Below, in pieces: positions 57,706-64,000 of a stretch of 64,000 bases of DNA. The notes beneath the pieces were generated by a model, which had not been told where the DNA came from, ran no database searches, and saw only the letters and a program-made list of their open reading frames with translations. The position numbers and the translations under genes are program-made. Within the stretch, counting starts at the first letter, position 1. Each line of letters begins with the position of its first letter. This stretch comes from Desulfomonilia bacterium (lineage in GTDB: Bacteria > Desulfobacterota > Desulfomonilia > UBA1062), in assembly GCA_963664325.2 (NCBI GenBank), contig CAXXDQ010000007.1, positions 768,001-832,000 on the forward strand, written 5' to 3'.

Positions 57706-58101
57706 CTATGGCGCAAGGAGCAGCACCTTGGTCTGGCTCGGCGCCACACGCACGCCGGGGCAGTTTGTGGAATTCTGCAAAGAAGCGCTTGTAAGCTTTG
57801 TTGCAGGCATGCCTCCCACAAGCACGGTAAATGATGCTGTAAGGTGCTTTGACGGCCCCATAACCATGCCTGATGCAACGCCGGTATTAACCCCTGCATT
57901 GTCTCCGTTGGTAAGCGGGACCTGAGTGCTCATGTTATGGGCCGGTGCGCACATCATGAGGACCTTGTATGCGGCGGGCACGCCCATCGGTCCGTTGGCA
58001 ATATTCGGATAAGGCGTGGGCACCGGGCCCGCAGGTGTCGGTGTCAGACAGACATCGGGAAATCCCGTATCCATTCCGCCCATTTGGGTGTTGGCAAACA
58101 T
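57706..58101 (-). CDS. DUF4150 PAAR-like spike tip protein (TagD-like)
   Basis: FPDVCLTP..PVPTPYPN, TNGDNAG...GVASG, PSQTKVL. Confidence 0.9.
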   Translation of the reverse strand: MFANTQMGGMDTGFPDVCLTPTPAGPVPTPYPNIANGPMGVPAAYKVLMMCAPAHNMSTQVPLTNGDNAGVNTGVASGMVMGPSKHLTASFTVLVGGMPATKLTSASLQNSTNCPGVRVAPSQTKVLLLAP

Positions 58102-58118
58102 ATTTTTTCCTCCTAAAA

Positions 58119-58237
58119 CAGGGCGTGATAACCTTGCATGCCCTTGTCGCTCCTCACCTCGTCATTGCGGCATACGCTAAAAGTATGTCTCATTCCTCTG
58201 CTTCGTCGCTTCCCGGCTGCTTTGTTCTGACGCCCTG
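58119..58237. mobile_element. candidate MITE / short palindromic element (119 bp)
   Basis: Terminal IR CAGGGCGTGATAA / TTCTGACGCCCTG (11/13); internal hairpin GGCATAC-GCTAAAA-GTATGTC. Confidence 0.5.
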
Positions 58238-58363
58238 CATGTTTATTTTTCCAATTCTCCTTGCATCTTCGGCATCATTTTGAATGCAAAATAGAATTGG
58301 TAATTTTTAACATCTTCAAAATCTCACTCCAGTTCGCATCGTGGTCTCTTCTGTTCCATTTTT

Positions 58364-58416
58364 GCTTAACAGCTTAACAGCTTTTTCTCACCACTCACCA
58401 CTTATAACTTATAACT
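58364..58416. repeat. short tandem repeats
   Basis: GCTTAACA x2, CTCACCA x2, CTTATAA x2 directly downstream of the DUF3540 gene. Confidence 0.55.
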
Positions 58417-58422
58417 ATCTTT

Positions 58423-59076
58423 TCATCCCAAATGAATCTGGTCGCCCTCTATCTTGACCAGTTCATCCGCCGTGACAAGGGCATTATGTCCTTTCAGGCT
58501 CATGTTCTTTTCCGCCCTGTAATCTATCTGATTGCTCCGCACCTGGTCAATTTCTTCAACAACCCTGTAGCTGCGTTTGACCTTCTGGCTGATGCGTTCG
58601 GCAATTGTGTCGAATATCCCGCCTACAAACTTGAAAGCCCCGGCCTGCGCCAGAACCTTGCGGCCGACATATGAAAGCCGGTCAATGAAAACATGCCCCT
58701 TATCTGAGCGGACGGCAAACACGGATGATGTCATCGATATGTCTCTGGCAGACACCAGATCAACCCCCTGTGATGAAACGACGCTGAAGCGGCCTTTCGG
58801 GACCCCCAGATGAAGGTCGCCGTCAACGGTTATTCTTGTGGCCGATGCATTCCCCTGTTCCAGAACTGCTATGATAAAAAGGCCTTCATTGAGATCACCG
58901 GCCACCAGAACCCTGTCTCCTGCGGCAGGCTCGACAAGACAGCTCACCGCACGCCTGACAAAAAGTTCTCCATATTCACAATCGACAGTGACGAAATCTC
59001 TCTCACGACCGGTGACAATACCGTCTGCCTGGATATGATAACTCTGCCTGGCTGCCTGATTCAATGCCTGTTTCAT
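58423..59076 (-). CDS. DUF3540 domain protein (TagC-like)
   Basis: RRAVSCLVEP..GDRVLV, IIAVLE, C-terminal VKIEGDQIHLG. Confidence 0.88.
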   Translation of the reverse strand: MKQALNQAARQSYHIQADGIVTGRERDFVTVDCEYGELFVRRAVSCLVEPAAGDRVLVAGDLNEGLFIIAVLEQGNASATRITVDGDLHLGVPKGRFSVVSSQGVDLVSARDISMTSSVFAVRSDKGHVFIDRLSYVGRKVLAQAGAFKFVGGIFDTIAERISQKVKRSYRVVEEIDQVRSNQIDYRAEKNMSLKGHNALVTADELVKIEGDQIHLG

Positions 59077-59187
59077 AATTAACCCCTTTCTACTATAGCT
59101 AATGAGCCGATAAGCCACAATGCTGTCAAGTAAAACCCTCCTCCTGACAGCCCGACGGCTTACAAGCCTGCCAGCTGATTTTACAGC

Positions 59188-60237
59188 TTAATAGACCGGT
59201 TCCCAGTTTTCCGCTTTTAACAGTTCAGGTTCATTACCCAGTGCCGAAGCCCGATCCGTAATAACCGCTTTTTGATCTGAAATCCCATGCAGCTTCGCCC
59301 TGAACATTTTTGCCCCATAGAGATTCGCCGCTCTCAGGTCTGCATGTGAAAAGTCTGCATAGGTCAGGTCGGCATTTACAAACCTGGTCTGCACGCATTT
59401 TGCTTTTGCAAGAATGCACTGCCGCATGTCAGCACCTGATAAGTCCGCAAGACCAAGATCCGCATCAATGAAAATCGACTGGTAGAGTTCCGCATCACGG
59501 AGAACCGTCTCATTCAGCATGGCTTCAACAAAAAGGGCATTGTTCGCCCTGGCACCCGCCAGGATCGCCTTTTTGAGGTCGGCACCCTTGAAATTGCACT
59601 GGGTGAGGTTGGCCCCTCTCAAGTCACAGCCTGAAAGGTCCGCACCCATGAATTGTGTAAGGGAAAAATCCTGGCCTGCAAGGCTCAGTCCTGCAAGGTT
59701 TGCTTCAATAAGAACCGCCATTCTCAAGCTGCTTCCGGCAAGTCTTGCCGTTCTCAAATCGGCCTTCACCAGTACAGTCTGCGGCAGAACAGTCCCAGAA
59801 AAATCAATCCCAGCCGTTTCGACTTCAACAAATGCGGTGCGTTCAAGGTCAGCACCGCAGAATCTAGCATATTCAAGCCTGCTCTGGGCTATTGCAGCAA
59901 TCCTTAAATCAGCCCCTGTAAAATCCGCAGACGAAAAATCACACTGGCTTATCTGGGCTGCCTTCATATCCGAGCCCATAAGGTTCGCCGATTTGAATGA
60001 ACACATATGCAGGCTCACAAGGTGAAATCCGGCCTTGCTCAGATCGGAATTGTCAAATCCGCACCTTACAAGGATCGACTCCTTGAATGATGCACCGTTC
60101 AGGCTGGTCCTGCTGAAATCACAATCTTCGAAGATACCGCCTGACAGGTCTGCACCCGAGAGGTTGAGCCCGGCAAGACTGGCCTTTGAAATCTGCTCGC
60201 CCCGGCTTATCATGCTGCACAGCGTTTCACGGTCCAT
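59188..60237 (-). CDS. pentapeptide repeat protein (TagB-like)
   Basis: Continuous A(D/N)L/Fxx pentapeptide repeats. Confidence 0.92.
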   Translation of the reverse strand: MDRETLCSMISRGEQISKASLAGLNLSGADLSGGIFEDCDFSRTSLNGASFKESILVRCGFDNSDLSKAGFHLVSLHMCSFKSANLMGSDMKAAQISQCDFSSADFTGADLRIAAIAQSRLEYARFCGADLERTAFVEVETAGIDFSGTVLPQTVLVKADLRTARLAGSSLRMAVLIEANLAGLSLAGQDFSLTQFMGADLSGCDLRGANLTQCNFKGADLKKAILAGARANNALFVEAMLNETVLRDAELYQSIFIDADLGLADLSGADMRQCILAKAKCVQTRFVNADLTYADFSHADLRAANLYGAKMFRAKLHGISDQKAVITDRASALGNEPELLKAENWEPVY

Positions 60238-60239
60238 AG

Positions 60240-62891
60240 TCAGTCGCCCTCTTTGTTAAGCTGCTTCCTGCGCGGATAGACCCTGACTTTCGCAGTCAAG
60301 GCCTCACCTAGCTTGGTCTCATTATCGGCATACACTCTTGCAAAATCAGCCTGAAAAAGGTTGGCCCCGCTGAAATTGGCGCCCCTCAGATCAGCCCTTT
60401 GAAATGACGCGTTCATTGCGTTTATGGATATCATAACCGAGCCTTTGAGCTCCGCCTTGATAAATCGCGCGTCCTTTGCGACCGTGCGATAAAACCTCGC
60501 TTCATTCAAGCTGCATTCGCTCAGATCGGCCCCGTTCAACTGCACAGCAGTAAAATTGCACCCGTTAAGGCTGGTGCCCCTGAGGTTCGCATTGTTCAGG
60601 ATCGCCCCGGAAAAGTCGGACTTGTCAAAACTGCATTTCTGAACAAAACGCACATTGGTCATGTCGGCGCTCATGAAATTAACCGCGCCTGCATTAACCT
60701 CGAGAAAAACGGCCGAGACAAGAGAGGCCGCAGTAAAATCCACGCCGTTGAGTTTAACCCTAAGAAAGTTGCATTTATCGAGATTCGCCCCTTTAAGAAT
60801 CAGCCCTGCCAGGTCTGTCTCAAAAAATGTCACCATTTTGGCCTGAACACCGGAAAAATCCGTGTTTCCAAATTTTGCCCCTGAAAAATCAGCCCCTGTT
60901 AGAAGAGCTCCTGAAAAACTGGCGCTTCTCAGGTCGGCCTGTGCCAGGATCGCTTCGCTGAAATCCGCCCTGTTTGCCTTCGCATTGACAAGGAGAGCCC
61001 CTCCGAGGTTTGCACCACCAAAGACAGCATCGTCCAGACGGGCCTCATTCAATGCCGCATGCGCCAGGACCGCATTCCTGAAATTGCAGCCTTCAAGATT
61101 TGCCCCGGTGAAGTTCACGCTTTCAAGGAATGAATCTTCAAAATCTGCGCCCTTAAGATCAAGCCCGGAAAGGTCCGCTCCTGTCAGGTCGGCTCCGGAT
61201 AAGGCATGCTTTTCTGAATGCGCTTTCATGACCGATTCACGGACTGTCTGAGATTTCTCATCAGGCATGGCCGGTGCAGCATCCTGATTGTGGGCATTTA
61301 TCCGGTAGGCCTCTTTAAGTTTTTCCTCACCTTCATAGAGACGTTTACAGAATGCTTCGTCGGCCAGGTATGCATCGATCTCGACAGGCTCGATCCCCTG
61401 GGAACGCAGCTTGTCCGCCAGAACTTTCAGGGCGTCTATCTGGGCCCGGGCGCTGAAATCGGGCGGTCCCTTAGGTCTGCGCTCAACTTCTTCGCGAATC
61501 ACGTTAAAGTCCATGCCCATCTTTTTAAAGAGCCCTTCGGTTTCATTAAGGCTCCTGATCTTTCCTTCCTCGGCAAGTTTTTTCTGCTCTTCTGCCTCGG
61601 CAAAAAGTTTATCCATATATTCCGGCAGGTGCTCAAGGTCGGGCAGAGGCTCTTCTGGCTTAGGTGTCCGGGGTCCATGAAGATCGGGATCAAGGCCGTA
61701 TCCGGCAACAATGGCGCGGGCCTTCTCCGTTTCCAATGCCGCACGTTTGCCGAGATTCCTGCGTATAAGCCCCTCGCCTTCAAACATGGCCTTGTCTTCG
61801 GCGACCTCTGCATTGATGGTTTCAAGCCCATCGGGCAGCAGGTCGGAATCCCTTAGCGCATAGAGAGGCCCTTTTTCCTTGTCCAGCCTTAGCCTCATGA
61901 CATCAAGATAATGCTCTTTGTGTTTCTGTTCGCCTAGATTTTCAGCGCCTATGACTATATGGGAAATATCGGAGGCATCCTCATCGCTGACTTCACACAA
62001 ACCCTGGTAGACAAGTATTGCCCGCTCGGCATGTGGGAAAAACCATACCGTTGTAAGCCTCTGCGGTATTTCATCAAAACTTTCACCGTCACCCTTAATC
62101 CTGTTGATGAAGCATCTGGCCGAAAAGCCGGGCAGGATTCCCGTTATGATGGGTTTCTCAGGGTGCATGTTATGTATCTGAAAGTTTTCGTCGGTCTTAA
62201 GCGGGTGTTCCAGCCACTGGTCCGGCTGGGCGCAGTTGAATATCGTCCAGTCTATGTCGGGCGCAAAACCCGGAAAATCCTCTTTCAGCCATTTATCGTC
62301 ATGCGTTCCGGCCTTTGAAAAGCGCTGGGGCCAGGAAAAATCCACTGGGCTGAATGATGCCGGTTCATGCTGTTTTTCAGGCGAGAGTATCCTTTCATCC
62401 GGATAGAGGACATTGGGAAGCAGCTGTACTGTCATGTCTTTGATGTTTACCGGCCTGAAGCCCCTGCCGAGGGGGTTTTTTTCAAAGCCTTCTCCGCCGT
62501 AGGCATGCTCCCAATCGATCTTCATGCTGTTAAAGCTTACGGGCTCACTGGGTGCGCCCGCATTCCAGAAACGCTCGCCATAGACATAAAGTTCCTTCTC
62601 AATATTTCCCAGACGCACTTTGACCGAGCAGCCTATGCTTTTTTCCCTGCCCGGGACAAAGGCCGAGCCCACGGCAAGGAATTCAGGTTTCTCCTTTGGT
62701 ATGCAGGCATCCAGTGCCGCATCTTTTCCGAGTTCGGCGGCCGCAAATTTCCACATGCCCGCCTCGGAATAGAGCTCCGGCTTGTCTGAAAGCGGGACAT
62801 ACATAAGGACGCTGGCTGCAAAGTAGAATCTGCTCCTGAATTCAAAACACCTTGTAAGTATGCCCAGCTTCTGGGGTTTGATCGTCTTCAA
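60240..62891 (-). CDS. DUF2169 T6SS adaptor fused to pentapeptide repeats (TagA/B-like)
   Basis: YGER.W, WEHAYGG...NPLGRG, WPQR..AGT.D..W, FNCAQPDQ; C-terminal pentapeptide array. Confidence 0.92.
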   Translation of the reverse strand: MKTIKPQKLGILTRCFEFRSRFYFAASVLMYVPLSDKPELYSEAGMWKFAAAELGKDAALDACIPKEKPEFLAVGSAFVPGREKSIGCSVKVRLGNIEKELYVYGERFWNAGAPSEPVSFNSMKIDWEHAYGGEGFEKNPLGRGFRPVNIKDMTVQLLPNVLYPDERILSPEKQHEPASFSPVDFSWPQRFSKAGTHDDKWLKEDFPGFAPDIDWTIFNCAQPDQWLEHPLKTDENFQIHNMHPEKPIITGILPGFSARCFINRIKGDGESFDEIPQRLTTVWFFPHAERAILVYQGLCEVSDEDASDISHIVIGAENLGEQKHKEHYLDVMRLRLDKEKGPLYALRDSDLLPDGLETINAEVAEDKAMFEGEGLIRRNLGKRAALETEKARAIVAGYGLDPDLHGPRTPKPEEPLPDLEHLPEYMDKLFAEAEEQKKLAEEGKIRSLNETEGLFKKMGMDFNVIREEVERRPKGPPDFSARAQIDALKVLADKLRSQGIEPVEIDAYLADEAFCKRLYEGEEKLKEAYRINAHNQDAAPAMPDEKSQTVRESVMKAHSEKHALSGADLTGADLSGLDLKGADFEDSFLESVNFTGANLEGCNFRNAVLAHAALNEARLDDAVFGGANLGGALLVNAKANRADFSEAILAQADLRSASFSGALLTGADFSGAKFGNTDFSGVQAKMVTFFETDLAGLILKGANLDKCNFLRVKLNGVDFTAASLVSAVFLEVNAGAVNFMSADMTNVRFVQKCSFDKSDFSGAILNNANLRGTSLNGCNFTAVQLNGADLSECSLNEARFYRTVAKDARFIKAELKGSVMISINAMNASFQRADLRGANFSGANLFQADFARVYADNETKLGEALTAKVRVYPRRKQLNKEGD

Positions 62892-62894
62892 ATC

Positions 62895-63266
62895 CTATTG
62901 CCCTTTCGTGCCGACATCCACAATTGCCACATTTTCAGGTTTCTTGGAGTCATATTTGACCCTGAGGACTGCCCCTGGTTTGTAGCCGGCAAGCTTAAGA
63001 GGCGAAACAGGCAGGGTTATTTCGGCATTGAAATCCTTTCCGGCCGAATCGGTTACGACGAGCCTGATATTCACAACCGGATTCGTATTGTGACGCCTGC
63101 CGGTATCGGTCACGTCCACAACCCTGGCGTTTGCCTCTATGCCGCTGCTGAGCACCGCTCCCCTCTTGAAATGGTTCCAGATTACTGGACCTACTGTTAC
63201 TGCAAGCACAATGCCCAGAATAATTATAAATATCAGGTTTTCCGTCAGCGTCGTCTTTCCTGCCAT
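62895..63266 (-). CDS. single-TM protein with small beta domain (DUF3592-like)
   Basis: N-terminal TM, G..A.A.V..V.DTG..N.NP, PG..L.V.YD...P..V. Confidence 0.7.
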   Translation of the reverse strand: MAGKTTLTENLIFIIILGIVLAVTVGPVIWNHFKRGAVLSSGIEANARVVDVTDTGRRHNTNPVVNIRLVVTDSAGKDFNAEITLPVSPLKLAGYKPGAVLRVKYDSKKPENVAIVDVGTKGQ

Positions 63267-63279
63267 GTCCCACCCTCCC

Positions 63280-64000
63280 CTAGTCGATAAGCGTGAGCGT
63301 GTACATATAAAGCCCTATTGCGCCTGATTTGAGCTTGGTGGAAGCCTGCTTGAACGTCAGCGGCTCATTGGCCGATTTCACCCCGCACCTCTCAAGCGCA
63401 ATCCCCGTAACGTCAATCTTTGTGGCCTGCATGGCCGTGGAAAGTCCTGCAATGGTTGTCTGCATGGAAAGGATCGCGGTCTGGACCGCAAAGAGGTCTT
63501 CATCCTTGCCGCCGATCTTTGTAAACCATGAGTCCACCGTCTTGTTCCCTCCCGGGGCCACGACAGTGTAACCTGCCGGGGCATTGATTGTGATACCGGC
63601 AGGCGAGTTGATGGTCATGCCGCCCCCAATGTTCTGCGTAACGGCTCCGCTCACCGCTTCAGTAATGGCCCCTGAAATTGTCCGTGTTTCACCGCCGACG
63701 ACAGTTTCGGTTATCCCACCATTAATGGTCCGTGTTTCACCGCCGTCCACCGTTTCGGTGATACCTCCGCTTATTGTCCTTTTCTCGCCGCCATTGATTA
63801 TCTGCGTCATACCGCCGTTTATTGTCTCCTTGGCTCCGGAATCGACCTGCCGGGTTTCGCCGCTGTCGATGTTCTCAGTGAAATGTCCCTTTACATGAAC
63901 CTTGCGGTCGCCGCCCACATCGAGCGTATCATTGGCCTCAACCGTCGTATCCATATTCTTCTCTGCATGGACCTGTATCTGCTCCGAACCTTTCTTGTCC
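63280..64000 (-). CDS. vgrG: T6SS spike protein VgrG, C-terminal part (5' end outside window)
   Basis: In-frame upstream translation DKKGSEQIQVHAEKNMDT is the VgrG hallmark; followed by 8-residue gp5-like beta-helix repeats. Confidence 0.9.
   Translation of the reverse strand, partial: DKKGSEQIQVHAEKNMDTTVEANDTLDVGGDRKVHVKGHFTENIDSGETRQVDSGAKETINGGMTQIINGGEKRTISGGITETVDGGETRTINGGITETVVGGETRTISGAITEAVSGAVTQNIGGGMTINSPAGITINAPAGYTVVAPGGNKTVDSWFTKIGGKDEDLFAVQTAILSMQTTIAGLSTAMQATKIDVTGIALERCGVKSANEPLTFKQASTKLKSGAIGLYMYTLTLID
63660..63830 (-). repeat. intragenic 24/48-bp tandem repeats in vgrG
   Basis: GTCCGTGTTTCACCGCCG at 63680 and 63728; encodes GGITETVxGGETRTI units. Confidence 0.75.

Noticed and set aside
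57624-57899. N-terminal extension of the 359-aa ORF overlapping the PAAR gene
   Set aside because: Out-of-frame overlap with DUF4150; the real start with RBS and signal peptide is at 57623.
58240-58360. Possible remnant of a four-helix-bundle gene next to heptamer repeats (DFEDVKNYQFYFAF)
   Set aside because: Similarity is weak and interrupted by stops; cannot be supported without a search.
59188-61210. 15-bp periodicity that might suggest a CRISPR or repeat array
   Set aside because: Fully explained by pentapeptide-repeat coding; no identical repeats with unique spacers.

Overview
64 kb of gene-dense bacterial DNA, mostly on the minus strand. The protein families (tungsten-type AOR, RdgC-like protein, gspF-N block, iron-sulfur flavoprotein) suggest an anaerobic Desulfobacterota/deltaproteobacterium; this assignment is an inference. 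From left to right the window holds: shikimate pathway genes (aroC, fused aroK-aroB, aroQ); a partial type II secretion locus (gspF-N, with no gspC/D/E here); housekeeping genes; a frameshifted AI-2E transporter; a LolA-like/ABC/beta-barrel export module; a hybrid histidine kinase; AOR; an 11-kb envelope and signalling cluster (three CsgG/HfaB-like proteins, a cadherin/Ig-repeat lipoprotein, a beta-barrel, Ser/Thr kinase, PP2C phosphatase, double-FHA protein, trypsin-like protease); a 1119-bp transposase-less IS1-like cassette (19-bp TIRs, 8-bp target duplication, inserted into a hairpin, carrying a small basic protein and an AT-rich membrane cargo gene); an ArnT-like glycosyltransferase with a duplicated 34-bp upstream motif; mixed enzymes; two stand-alone Cache proteins; and the distal end of a T6SS spike locus (vgrG-X-DUF2169/pentapeptide-pentapeptide-DUF3540-DUF4150 PAAR). 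No rRNA, tRNA or CRISPR array was seen. All family calls come from reading motifs by eye; no database search was run.
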